From positions 128,218,001 to 128,282,000 of the forward strand of contig NW_024704742.1 of assembly GCF_018977255.1 (NCBI RefSeq): 64,000 nt of DNA. The letters run 5' to 3'. Below, in pieces: positions 50,571-63,585 of this stretch. Numbering within the stretch: position 1 is the first letter of the stretch; every line of letters begins with the position of its first letter. Under the pieces are notes generated by a model, which made no database searches, was not told where the DNA came from, and was given only the letters and a program-made list of their open reading frames with translations. Origin of the DNA: Callorhinchus milii. Lineage: Eukaryota. Made by a program: the position numbers and the translations under genes.

Positions 50571-50759
50571 CTTGCCCTTTATGAGGATATTAACCTGGGG
50601 AACAGCTAAATTTCAAGGTGAAAACTGATTCAATGACCAAATGACACAATACTCTTCCTGAAATATATCTCGTAACATAACAGCAAAACATAGCAAACTG
50701 TGTGAAACAATACACAGCCAGTATCTATTTTGTGTCTACTTTGGCTTTCAAGTCTAGTC

Positions 50760-50937
50760 CAGTGGTGTCAACCCAAGATCCATGGGCCAAAAATGGCCTG
50801 CGGGGGATCAAGAAGTTTCCCATTGAACATTCGCGTAGTCTAGGTAAGTCTGTGTTAAATCAATATTTAGTAGCGACATTTATGGTGTAGCCATAAATCA
50901 AGAAATATTCAATCAAGAAAAAGGTTGGCCACCACTT
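50760..50937. mobile_element. hAT (Charlie-like) MITE
   Basis: Ends cagtggtgtcaacc ... ggttggccaccact; imperfect 8-bp flanks gtctagtc and ctctagac (TCTAG-type target). Confidence 0.6.
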
Positions 50938-52909
50938 CTCTAGACTCTTTAACTATATTCAGTTGTATTATTGTTAGTACTATTTTAGAAAAGATGTTAA
51001 ACCAACTTCCCATCTGTCTGTTCTGGTGGACATTAAAATCCTATGGCATTATTTGAAAAGAGAATGTATTGTCTCCCAATGTACTGACCAATAATGCCTC
51101 AAATTAATTGATGGTTCACTTCATGGCTATTTTTAGGACATAACTGGCTGTTGTAATCGGCAACAATGGTCACTACATTTGACAATAATTATTTGGGATG
51201 CATTTTGAGGTGTTTCAGCTTGATTAGGTGCTGTAAAAAGTTTTTTCTTTACTAATCAAAACAATCTTTCCCAACTTGTGCACTGGCAAACTAAATGGAG
51301 CTGAATGTAATTGTCAGTACATGAACAATAATGAGTGTCAAATAAATCAGAGATTTGCAAATTCTTAAAAGGTTTTAAAAAGATTATTTTCAACATTTTC
51401 AATAAATGTTCATATTCAAGATGTTTTACAATTTCAAACAGAGTAATGACAAGCAAACTGAGGAGACTAACGGTAAGTCTAATAGTTAGAGGTGCTTCAC
51501 TGGATAACTAGAGGTGTTTTGGTCACATTAGCAAGCCAGTTCCCTCTCCCAACTCTCCAGTGTAATTGAACAATATTGAAGGAACTTTAGTAATAACAGA
51601 CTTCAAGAATCTCCATAACACAATATTTCACCATCAAAGTACACTGAAACATAAGTCCATTTTTTATAAGAAACTTTCTGTAAAGTTTCTTTTCTATAGG
51701 CTAGTTTCCATCCAATTTGTGCAACTTTGACAGGATAATCTGCTACAAATCAATCCTGCTACAAATTCTGGGTGAGAGCTAGACTTTGAGCATAGGGCAA
51801 CATACCTTCATATGCACCAAGATAGTAGAACAAGAGAACACAGGCTTAGAGTTGAAAGGCCAGCTTCAGGACAGTGACCAGGAAGTATTTATTTACCCAG
51901 AGTGTAATTAATGACTAGAACAGATTGTTAGGGAGGGTGGTTGAGGCCGACATTGGATTCATTTAAAAAACAGCTTGATGGGAAGAAGCTGGAAGGATGA
52001 GATCAAATAGACCAATGGGCCTTCTTCATCTGAGCCATTCTTGTGATAAATTAATTCAGCCAACAATCCCCCAAATTAATTCTGGCTATTTTTTGGACAT
52101 TACTAGCTGTAATGACCTGCAAAACTGATCACTAAATTTGACAATAACTTTAAAAAAAATGCATGCAATGTATTGCATGCTATTTCACAGCATCTTTTGC
52201 AGAACAGTACTTTCAAATATAATTCAACATTTTGTCTTGTTTCAAATGTTGCTAGGACCAACTATTAATATTTTTAGTCTGGCATAGCTTTATGTAAGAG
52301 TATAAATTCCACTGGTTCTAGATTTACGCTATATTGTTAGGGCTGTAGTTTGAGTGTTCAAAATTTGACTCTTAATGCAGTCTTAGTTTTGAAGCCAGTT
52401 ATCTGTACATTTCTTTGAAGCAACTATATAGAAAAATGACTTCAAAGTTAATTATACCAATTTACCAAAGCCTGAATACTCTGAAAGGCTAAGAAGATAT
52501 TGTACATCGAAATCCTGGTATAATTTCTCCTCATTATTCTTTTCAAAACAATAATAGCTAAGAAAAAAAGTTTACTATTCCCAAGACTGTCATTACATGG
52601 TTTGATGTATCCATCCAACAATCTATTTCTGGGATTCAGGTGGAATCTACCTTGGTGAAATACATGGAAATCTCAGCTTGGTTGGATACTATTAAGCATG
52701 GCGATGGGTTTCCGCAAGTGTGAGACACCCGGCTGAACAAAAAAAGGTCCATCTTCTCAAAACATTATATAAGATTTAAGAGGTCCTCTGAGTGTGAGAG
52801 CAATTAGTTTGTGGCTTAGCATTTCCATTAAAAGTGTAGAATGAATGCCTCTGGAACCAGAACCTGAATATATCATAGATCAAGACTTCATCAGAATGCA
52901 GAGCTTCAC

Positions 52910-53126
52910 CTCAGCCGGAGCTGAAATTGGAGCTGCTGAATCTCCTTTTGTAAATGGCTGATTGAATATCACATATGTGCAGATAATAGTCTTAACACTC
53001 TTAACATTTAGCATTGACCTCCTGTTGTTTACAGGTTAACAGGTACCGGGTATTGAACTGATTTGACTCTTTTTTCCCCTTCCTGAGTGACTTTCATGCT
53101 TGCACAAGGGAAATCTCTACCATACC
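52910..53126 (-). pseudogene. Pseudo-exon B (coiled-coil like)
   Basis: aatacag|...ctgag|gtgaag. Reads GMVEISLVQA*KSLRKGKKESNQFNTRYLLTCKQQEVNAKC*EC*DYYLHICDIQSA, then one frameshift to LQKEIQQLQFQLRL. Phase 0 start matches exon A. Confidence 0.55.
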
Positions 53127-54829
53127 CTGTATTTAATATGATCAGATTGGTTTCGTTGAGTGCAAAAAGAATCATAGTTCACTTGCTCCAGAATTGTTCA
53201 CAATTTCTAGCCATATGTGCAATGCATCACATCAAATTCTTATTATGACTCAGCTTTTATCGCAAGACCTAGGATCTATGAGCACCATGGGAACTATTTC
53301 AAGTGAGACTAGCAAGTTGCCAGACTATTTATTATCAAAATGAAAATGTCAGTGCAAAAAGGTGGGTCATCTGTGCTCTTCGAGAAATTGAAGATTAAAC
53401 TGATCTATCTGTTGTAATTTGATCCTGACTGATCTCTATGTGTATACAGTACTAATTTCCTGAGTAATATGTACAAATGTATTTGGTTACCAGGGTTTAG
53501 GAAATGGATTATTGATTAACCAAAACTAATAAGTGTAATTATGAAACAAAATGAACAATGCTTATTTTATCATGAATCTGTCAAGTGACCAACAAGTAAC
53601 TTGGAAGGATGGAGATGGGAAAGTAAGCGGGGTCTCCTTGGAGCTGAGCTGGCTCAAGGTGACATGCTTGGCAATGGAATAGCAGAACTAAGCCAATCCT
53701 CTGTAGTGGTCTCCTGAGTCAAGTGGTTCCACAGTACTCCAGGGACTGCTGATCAAAGAGCAGGATATTAAGTAGATCAGTTAATGAGAGCAGGGATTTT
53801 TCCAACTCGGCTCCTGTTATCCCTGTTGTTCTATTAACAAGGCAAAATCATGATGTCTCAGTGATCGGAGCTGGACAAACAATGAGAAGCTTGCCAGGGA
53901 CTGGTTAGATTCCAACAGAAGTCCAACATGCACTCTGGAGTCCCCAAGCTTTGGCTTTTGCCAACCTGCACCAAATACTCTCCGGAGTTAGGCAAGCAGT
54001 AATTCCTCTAGGGAGACAGTGTGCATTCTACTCCAGAGACAGGAAATGTCCATGTCCAGGTGACATACGTATGTAGAACTTTCAGTTTGGTTTGAAATAC
54101 TCATAATCATGGTGATGTGTACAACAAATGTCAAATAATGAAGGAGCCACTTTTTTATTTGTAATAGGATTATGTAGCATTTATGTTTTCAGTGAATTTC
54201 TCAGAATGGTGAATACGTTTTAAGGCTTTTATTTGAAATCTGCCATATAAATGAATAAAATGATAGTTGCATTGGATACTGTACCTATAACACCAATAGA
54301 TCTCAAGGCACTTCATACTGCAATCCTTCAAAGAAGATAACTTATCAATAATAATCCTTGCATTTGATATAGCACCTTATCACATCATTGAGACGTCTCA
54401 AAGCGCTTCACAGAATATATTGTGAAGTGGACTGACTGGGTATTTTGTGAGTGGAGTTTTGTGTAACTTACAGAGAAATATCAGGAGATTTTAAGAATAT
54501 AAATGTCAGTAAGGAAAATGGATATTTATTTTCATCGTATAAATTCTCATCTATTAAATGTAATCAAAAACATTTTTTGAATTTCCTCCTGTTTACCTTA
54601 AATTGTATTGTACTGAAAATAATGACCAGAACCAAGTCATTCACACAATGAACCAGGCTTAGTGTGTACAGTACAGTGTCCTTTCACTAAGTGACAGTAA
54701 ATTATTTTGCCACTAACTAAACACAGGGAAATTGTCATTTATCATCCAGGACAGAGAACAGCAAAGGATTCTCCAAAACGTAGTTACTTAAACCAACTTA
54801 ATATTGTTTACACTTTTCATTACTTACGA

Positions 54830-55560
54830 AATTGCCACCTTATGCCAGAAGACTATATATAGCTTGAGGCTGTTCAGTAATAGATACATGGACGGTGCCC
54901 TCTATTCTCCTGCATGATATATGACTAAGCAATCTCTGACACTATTTTATGTCATCAGCTAGAAATTACTTAGCACTTATTACATTGTTGGTAACAGCTG
55001 TGTAGTGGTCTAGAATTGTGACAAATCATTTGAAGATTTTTATGCATTCTACAGACCTGCATCCATCAGTCAGAGGTAGCTTCAGAAAGATGATAATGAT
55101 TCATGGTTCAAGCCAATGGAGAGCTTCTGACCCTTTGGTTAGCTATAATGGTCAACGGTAGAGGTATTATTCACTTATTTACTGTACGGCAATTTATCAG
55201 CCACTTGAAAATGATAGACAATTGGAAAACTTTGTAATATTACAATTTCTGAGCTTTGCTTGTCAGCATTGACAGCATTGACAGCTTTAACTGAGCCACG
55301 GTGACACTTGGGGCTCAGTTGGCAACACTGAAGTGATCGCACAACAAAAGTATATGCAGGATGTGGAGCCAAAAGGTACATGCAGTATTTCGATCAATAC
55401 GTTATTCATTGTAAGTAGCGAATGGCCAGATGTTGTTTGTTGTGACTTGAAAGGGAAAGAGTCTGAAGGGGAATGCAATTTGTCAATCTCATTTGTTCCA
55501 CTTTTTAATTGGCCGTTGCGCTTATAAACAGAGCAGCTGGTGCTCGCATTTACTTCCTAT
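54830..55560. promoter_or_regulatory. Candidate conserved non-coding element
   Basis: TGATGGATG (55060-55068, -), tandem TGACAG at 55270 and 55279 plus TGTCA at 55261; unique sequence. Confidence 0.4.
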
Positions 55561-55575
55561 GTAATAGTGCCTGAC

Positions 55576-55799
55576 CTTGTATTGCTGGGCATCTTTTTTT
55601 CCTTTTGCCTCGCTTCTCTGTCTGTCCCCAATAGGTCGAGTGTTGGTAAGACTCGTGGTTCCCTTGGGATTTTTCTTTTTGGTCTCCTTGGATTTTTTTT
55701 TAGCTTGTTTCTTATTTTCAGTGATTCTTTCAAGCTGAGGTTTTCCAATCTCTACTCCATTGGTTTCACTTAAAGCATTGTACCTCAGTCATAACCTTC
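55576..55799 (-). pseudogene. Pseudo-exon A (Lys-rich, charged)
   Basis: taacag|...aag|gtcagg; 224 nt, phase 1->0. Reads RL*LRYNALSETNGVEIGKPQLERITENKKQAKKKSKETKKKNPKG...KGKKDAQQYK with one stop. Confidence 0.55.
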
Positions 55800-58369
55800 C
55801 TGTTACGAATATATTTTTATCAGTTCTATATTTCCATGCAGTTTTTATTGCACATTGTCTCAGTCAGTACTTTGTGTCATGGGGATCCTAATATTGAAAG
55901 CAATGTCTGTGCTTTATTTTTATATACAGAAAACAGGACCAGAAGGAGACTGTTCAGTCCATCAAGCTGCTACTGTTTCACCAGTTTATGAGATTTGGGC
56001 AGATAGTTTAATCCCAAAAGCTCGACTTGTTGCTTTATCGTTTGATACCTCTAGTCTCCAACTATCTGACTATCTCTGTTTCAAATGTTTGATTCCACCC
56101 ATACAGCTTTCTAGAACAGAACGTTCCACACCTTTACAGTCCTGTGTGTAAAGAAATACTTCCTAACCTCAGTTCTAACTGTCTCGGATCTGATTTGAAG
56201 GCTACGCCCCCTCGTAACTGATCCCTCCATCAGAGTTCACCCACTATCTAACCTGTCACCTCTTTTGTTATTTTAAATACAACAGCAGCAATTGCATTAT
56301 GTAGCGCCTCTCATGTGAGGAGGATCTCCTATGGCATTGGGGGTTGGATTCAAGAGCGTTGGGCACCAAGGGGAATAGGGATGAGGAGGAAAGATAACTG
56401 AAGATGCGGCCAAAGACAAAGGTCTTGAGATGGACTTTGAAGGAGGAGAGGGAAGGGGCAAGGTGAAGGGATGGATTTCCAGAAAGTGGGGGCAAATAGG
56501 CAGCAAGCCCAACTGCCCAATGGTGGGGTCAGCAGGGTGGGGGATGTAAAGCAGGCCAGTACCTACCAAGAGAAGGGAACGGGTGGGTTGGTAGGGTATA
56601 AGAAGAGAAGATTGCAGAGGTAAGATGGGGCAAGACAGTGGAGGAACTTAAAAATGAGGATGAGGCTCTTGAATTCAAGTCTCTGGAGGATGTAGAGCCG
56701 ATGGAGCTGGACAAGGATATAGGTGATAGTCTCATGGAGGATTCCTCAATAAAATCACCCCTTAATCGCCCATAATTCCAATCCTCTCCTGCCACACCGC
56801 CTCCATGACTCCCGAATCCAACCCCCAGCGCCATAGGAGATCCTCCTGAAATGAAAGGCGCCCACAAATATACAGTCAATTCAATATGTTCTCTGAAGTG
56901 CTTTGAGATGTCTAGAAGATGTGAAAAGCGCTACATCAAATGCAAGGATTATTATTATTATTAATCTCTTTTGTTATAATGAATGTAATGCCAGGTTACC
57001 TAGCCTTTCATCATAGCTAAATCCTTTCAGACCAGGTATTAATCCAGCTGGACGTCTTCCAAGCCAAGTATATCCCAAACTGAACACAGTATTCCAAATG
57101 CACTGTATAACTGGACATTGCAAACAAAAATGTGCTGGCATCCATCAGGTACAACATTCATTGTGATCAAAGACCTGTAAACATTCATTATGAATGATCA
57201 AACACAAGCAAACTAGATATATTGCAACAAAGAAAACTGGTTGAAATCTTAATGGTTTCTATGTATCACTCAATACAGGGTCCGAGCAGCAAAAAGATAG
57301 CAACAAAAATGAGCATCTTCCTAAATTTTACATTCACATTGCTTGCCCAATGTGATCAGTTTGGCTTGGTTGATCTCACAGGCCCCAATTTTCTTCAACA
57401 GATTTTATCTTTAACATGCAATAAATTGGACAAATCAATGCTGTACATTTCTTTATTTTGACATCTTTTTGCCCGCAAAATAAGTAGTCAATTCACATTA
57501 CAGTATATGCTGTGAAGAGCTTTGAGAAGCCTCGAAGATGTGGTAAGATGCTATATCAAATAATTAATAATAATTATTATTATTACTACTTTCTCTAACC
57601 ATGAGTATTTATAAATTACAATTGTCTGGTCTAAATATAGTTATTACAATAATAATCCTTGCATTTGCACTTTTGATTACTTTGTAAATGTGTTCTCTTG
57701 CATATATTGGGTGACAGGGATTCTTCCCAAGCTCCTGTTAAGCCTGCCAGGCAAAGCCGTGCAAGGTGGTCCTAGCTGAACAAGCAGTGGAAAGCATAGC
57801 AAACACTGCTCTCAATGTAGTTTTACCCAATTAACTCCAGCACACTCAATTCTTGCCAACCTGCTCCTAACACTTTCTGGTACAATGTAAGGGTGCTTTC
57901 TTTCAAGGAGAGAATTGTAAATACAGGGACATTTCTATGCATATGTGGAACACTCGGTAGTTTGGTTGGATACTTGTGGAGATCTGTAGCTCAGCGGTTA
58001 GTGCACTCACCTCGCAAGCGAGATATCTGGTTTTGATTCCAAGACATTGGAAAATTTCCTTACTCCACACACCTCTGTTTAACTAGCAATAAGTAGAAAT
58101 CCGGTTGTTATTCGATTGGCAGATTGTTTCCCAGGGGTGATAATTCTTTAAAATAATAATAATAATAAATTGGTCACTTAATCCAGGACTGTTTGTGGGA
58201 CACTGCTGTGCGCAATTGGCTGCTGTGTTTCGTCCACAAAATATACAGACAATTCACTTTACAGTATATTCTGTGAAGCGCTTTGAGTCGTCTCGGTTTA
58301 TATATGAGTCAGATTAGGCTAGATCAAAACTTTATTCCAAGTGTTCACAGTTTTTCCAGTGGTTTTTTT

Positions 58370-58370
58370 N
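58370..58370. other. Ambiguous base (possible assembly join)
   Basis: Single 'n' after a T run. Confidence 0.9.
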
Positions 58371-61300
58371 CCCCTCGAGATGGCAATCTTTGCAGACAGT
58401 TTATTTTATGACTATAGCTTGTTTGTAGCTCTACTTATCTCTGGCCTTAGATACAGTATTTTCTAAGATTGACAGTTTTTTCATTATACGAGCATGTTAT
58501 CTTTTTTAATATATTTTAACTGCACAAATATAATGTAATTCACTTTGGAACAAGAATCAGTAAGCGTAGGGAAACAATAAACGGCTGTCCATTACCAGAG
58601 TTATAAAAGGGAAAGGATTATTGATCAACCAGTGAAGGTTTCCAGTCAATGTTCAGCAAGCTGCTCACACCAAAGCTATTCAACTACCTGAATGCACCTC
58701 AAGGACATTTGACTATAAGCATAGGTGATGCCACATCTAAATTTTAATGATAATAATAATAATAATCCTTGTATTTCATATTGTGCTTTATCACATCGTC
58801 AACATATCTCAAAGCACTTCACAGGATTTTTACTGTGAATTTTAGTGTCTGTATATTTATACGGAAATGGAGCAGCCAATTTGTGCTCAGCAATGTCTCA
58901 CAAACTGCCATGAAGCGAGCAATCAATTTTATCCTGAGTATTCAGGGCCAAGATAACAACACAACAACAAATTACATTTGCATAGTGCCTTTCACATCGG
59001 GATGATGTCCCAATGCACTGGACAGTAAAGGATGTGCAACCAATACTCCCTTCTCTTTTCAAATAGTGCCGCAAAATACTATAATAAGAATAATAAATAA
59101 TAATCCTTGCATTTGATATAATGCTTTGTCACATCTTCGAGCTGCCTCAAAGCGCTTCACAGGATACACCATAAAGTGAATTGACTGTATAATGTGTGGG
59201 CGAAACGCGGTAGCCAATTGCGCACAATGTTGTCCCACAAACTATTGTGGACTGAGTGACCAAATTATTATTATTATTTTTGGGGGGAGGGATGATGCAC
59301 AGTTTGCCTTCAAAAAGATGCTGAGGACTCAATAAGGAGGAACAAGATTCACTACAGGATTTAAGAGTTTCTAAGTTATGTGACAAAATTGGTTTCATTT
59401 GGGAGAAAAAAGAAGCTTCGAAGGGGACATGATCAAGGCTTTGAAAATTCTGTATCATAAATTATGTACCTCTAAGCAGGCTATAACATTTAGACAATGA
59501 AAGCAGAACTAACTTCAAGTGATAGCACAAACAAGATTTGTTTTACTATAAAATTCCAAATGTTAAAAATACTAATTCCTTTTAAAAAGAACAATATAAG
59601 GATCTGCATGGGAATAGCATTCGAGTACATGGGAGAGGTCTAGATGGAGATGTGTAAATTATCCTGGGGAAGGAAGCATGTGTCTATGGAGGAGGAGCAC
59701 AGAGTCAAACAGTGGACACCTGAGGATTTATGAATATTCTGCAATTCTTATTTGTTTATCTTTGGGACTCAGGGAATTTTACACAAGATGTGTAAAATGT
59801 TCCTTCAAGAAATAATAATAATCCTGATTTAGCGGTTTTTACACTGGAAGGATTTCTTAATAATAATCCATGCATTTCATATTGCGCCTTATCACATCTT
59901 TAAGACGTCTCAAAGCGCTTCACACAATATACTGTTAAGTGAATTGACTGTATATTTTCAGCGAAACGCTTCATGGGATTTATAATAATAATTATAAGAA
60001 TAATCTTTGCAATTGAAATTCGGTCTGTTGGCTAAATGGCCTTCTCTCATCCTGTACTGTTCTATGCATTGCATTATTTGCTTTCCTGTAAATGGTACAG
60101 CTTAAATTCTTTAATGTTTCAATGTGCCAATGGAAGGGGGAGGGTACTACATCATGTATATCCTATCTGGATCCCTCATACACACTCCCGAACAAAGATA
60201 ATTCCTTTAATTAGCTTCCTCAGCTGCTCTGCACGTCACACAGACATGCACTGAGTGGTTTGGGTAGTTTTCAGCAGCAGATTGCATATCAACTGAAGGT
60301 ATCTAATAGCTTCTGGGAAGATTTTCTGGTTCTGTAATTAATGGTGATTAATTCTACTCCCATGATAATCCACTGCTGTAGTCTACTCTCCTTTCCTGGG
60401 TGGGTGCTAGACAATTCACAGAGAAAGCTGGCAGCTGAGGCACAAGATATGGAAAGCTGGTCTGATAGCATCTAAAGACCTTCCTCATTGACAATCCTTA
60501 CAGTCACCTCCCTTCTCTCCCAGCTTGTTATCAAGCTCCGCTACTGTCAAGAGCTACTTGTGTATAGGATGCTATATAAACGCAATTTGTTGTAATTGAA
60601 CTTTTCTTTGTTTTGATCCGGCTGACGATCACCCATGGCCAAAACCCAACATCATGCTTAACAGTATGCAAACCAAACTTAGTGTTCCCTGCATCCCTAT
60701 ACATGGAAATTTTCATGTATTGAGGTGGAATTTGTACTTAGAGGCACACATCCTGCTTACCTAACTCTGGAGATTATTAAGCACAGACTGACAATAGTCA
60801 AGGCTTGGGGACTGCTGGAGTTTAACCAGCTAAAATTATGTAGTCTGCCATTGAAAGCACTGTTTGGCAAACATACTCACAGCTTGTCCAGGTAAGACCA
60901 CCCTACCCGTTAGGGCTTTGGCTTGCAGAATTAACAGGAGCTGAGGGGGAAGAATTGTTGTTTCTAGTGACTGGCTTGCCCTCAAGTTTTACTTGGCTGG
61001 GCTGTCATCAGCTATTTCCCGGAGTCCTGTGGACCTACCTGACTCAGGAACCGAGACCGCTAAAGAGAAGGTTCATTTCTGACATTCCGTTGCCGAGCAC
61101 TTTACCTTGGAGTCAGTTCAGCTTACATTCCCTCAAAATAGCTTATACAATGCTATACATGTCTCAAGGCACTGGACAGTCAAAAGCTTGTCTTTTTTCT
61201 GCATTTGTTTCATTACAACTTATGCCTACAACACATCTACCATCAACCTAGGTTGACCTACACCATACACAGTCACTATATGTCCTGTGAAGCGCTTTGA

Positions 61301-63532
61301 CACATGCTCCCATTGTGAAAGGCACTCTTCATCAAATGCAAGGATTAATATTACTTTAAAGAATAAGCATCTGCTGGTAAATGAAAAGATAGGCTGACAA
61401 TCTACTTTTTTAATCTTTTAATACGCTTTTAATCTTATGACAAGAATTTCACTATCTCTTGTGAAATGTTACGTTCTTACCTCTCCTTCCCCACCAAAAC
61501 CCATCTAGCGATGTTTTCAAAATCTCTTTTTTACCTTTTAAATTGCATTTAGTCATTTTAAAGTTGTTTTGAATAAAAGGAAATTATGAATCTGATGGTG
61601 GGGATGAAAAGCACTTGTCAAGGAAAGTAATGATATGATAGCTGCATTGTTCCTGGAAAAGCGGCTTGGGATGAAACATGTATTTTCTGCAGAATCTAGT
61701 ATAAACTGTGACATTTATGGTTGTGAGAGCAGTCATTTTCCTCCATGTTATCTCCTGGGTAAAACCTGAGAGTGAAACCCTTTTGTGCTGTGCTGTAAGA
61801 CGCTGCACCATGGTTGTATGCTCACGTTGAATGGTTGCAGGTCCAGTTGCCATGGTATTTGCTCTTAGTGTCCATGGCTAATTGGAGTGGGAGTTCCCAG
61901 CAATCTTAAAGTATGCAAAGCAGGATTGAAAGCTCACCTAATTCATTAAGGTGATTCAAATGGTAACAAATAGCTAGTTTAATGAGAAATGGAATGTGGG
62001 TGGGCTGAACAAAATGCTTAATGCTTGTTTCACCTGATTTATGGTAATGTGCAGCACAAAATACAGCAGTTCGTTCTTTAAACTATTCACCATCAAATGA
62101 TGGTTAAAATTAAACTGACTGCTTAATCCTAAATGTTCTTTGCTTTTCTCCGATTCACCGCAAGTGGGGTTACAGTTGATTTGTTCCTAAAATACTTGTC
62201 CACTGATTTAGTCTTTGTTGTGGATCCCATTGACTAAGTGCCTTACAATAATTTCTCCTTTTAGTGCTTTTAAACATTTTTTCTTACATGGGAGACCTGG
62301 AAACATACAGAAAAGACCACTTAGCCAGTCCCAACATTATAAAAGAATCTATATAAAAATAACTAAATAATCCTACTCTAGCTCTCAAGACTCAATCGAA
62401 TTCTTTGAGAAATCACCCTCTTTTATTTATTGATATAATCTGCCTACACTACCCTAGGTCTCAACTCACACTCTGACTAAAATTTTACCTGGTTTTGGAA
62501 TATAGATCATTGTCTTAAAGATTACAATTGTGGAGATATTTTTAAAAACTTCTTAAATTCAGTTTTAATTTGGAAATCTTTTAAAGAACTGGCTTTCAAA
62601 TTTAGACTGAATTTAAGAATTTTCCAAGTTTCGCACTCTTTTCGTAATTTTAGACAATGGCATTAAGTCTAAGACTTGGTTGAATTTCAAGCCTTTAAGC
62701 TGCTACAGTACAAGTTCCCTAGTCCATCAATGAAGGTCAAATCTTCATAATTATGGTCTTATATTCAAGCCCAACATCAGGATGTGAACTCATAGTCTGG
62801 GCTGACATTCCAATGCTGTGCTAAGGGTGCACTGGATTGTTGGAGATGTCATCCTTAAATGAGTATTAAACTTGTCTGGTTGTTTAGTTGTTTAGATGGA
62901 CATTAAAAATCAAGTGGCATGACTCAAAAACAGAAGAGATTTAGCCATGGCACTGGGAGAAATTTCCTGAATAGGCAGACGTTTAATGTCTCATCCAAAG
63001 GACAGCACCACTGACCATGCAGCACACCCACTGCACCGGAGTGTCATCCAAGACTATAAGCTCAAAGTCCCTATGTTTTTTATGTTGGAATAAAATGATG
63101 CAGATTCAACCATTGATCAGTTAATCTGACATGTCTGCTAGATCTGGTGACAGGGAATCATCCCACTCAGCTACTGGTAACCCTGCAAGCCAAAGCCCAA
63201 CAGGTGGTCCTAGATGGACAAGCAGCGGAAAGCTTGCCAGACACCAATATCAATGGCAAGCTATGTAGTTTTAGCTGGTTAGATTCCAGGAGTACCCCGG
63301 CGCGCGCACTCTGGGGTCCCCAAGCCTTGGCTCTTTTCAATCTGTGCCTAATATTTTCTGGAATTAGGTAAGCAGGAAGTGTCCCTCCAGGGAGAGAGTA
63401 CACGTTCCATTCCAACAATCCATCTTTGGGATGTCTATGTATAGGTGGGATGCATGGAAATCTCAGCTTGATCTGGATACTCTTAAGCATGGTGTTGGGT
63501 TTCTGCATGTGGCAGACACCTGGCTAACCAAA

Positions 63533-63585
63533 ATATATATATAGATATTTTGTATATATATGTATATATATAAATATATATATAT
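63533..63585. repeat. (TA)n-rich microsatellite
   Basis: Imperfect TA dinucleotide run. Confidence 0.8.

Larger units (their letters stand above)
985..55799 (-). pseudogene. Unprocessed multi-exon pseudogene (coiled-coil / vWA-like / helical / kinase-like / ankyrin-like protein), unidentified
   Basis: About 20 unique-sequence blocks, all on the minus strand, most bounded by polypyrimidine-AG and GT. Intron phases chain across most junctions. In-frame stops and TE insertions lie inside exons. Kinase- and ankyrin-like motifs occur in the expected order. Manual translation only. Confidence 0.8.

Noticed and set aside
51256..51457. Exon between B and C (ctcctcag| phase 2, 66-aa ORF)
   Set aside because: AT-rich, no donor found, and not needed for the phase chain.
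57270..57470. Upstream exon of the pseudogene
   Set aside because: Protein-like frames exist, but the boundaries are lost to a SINE and no donor is evident.
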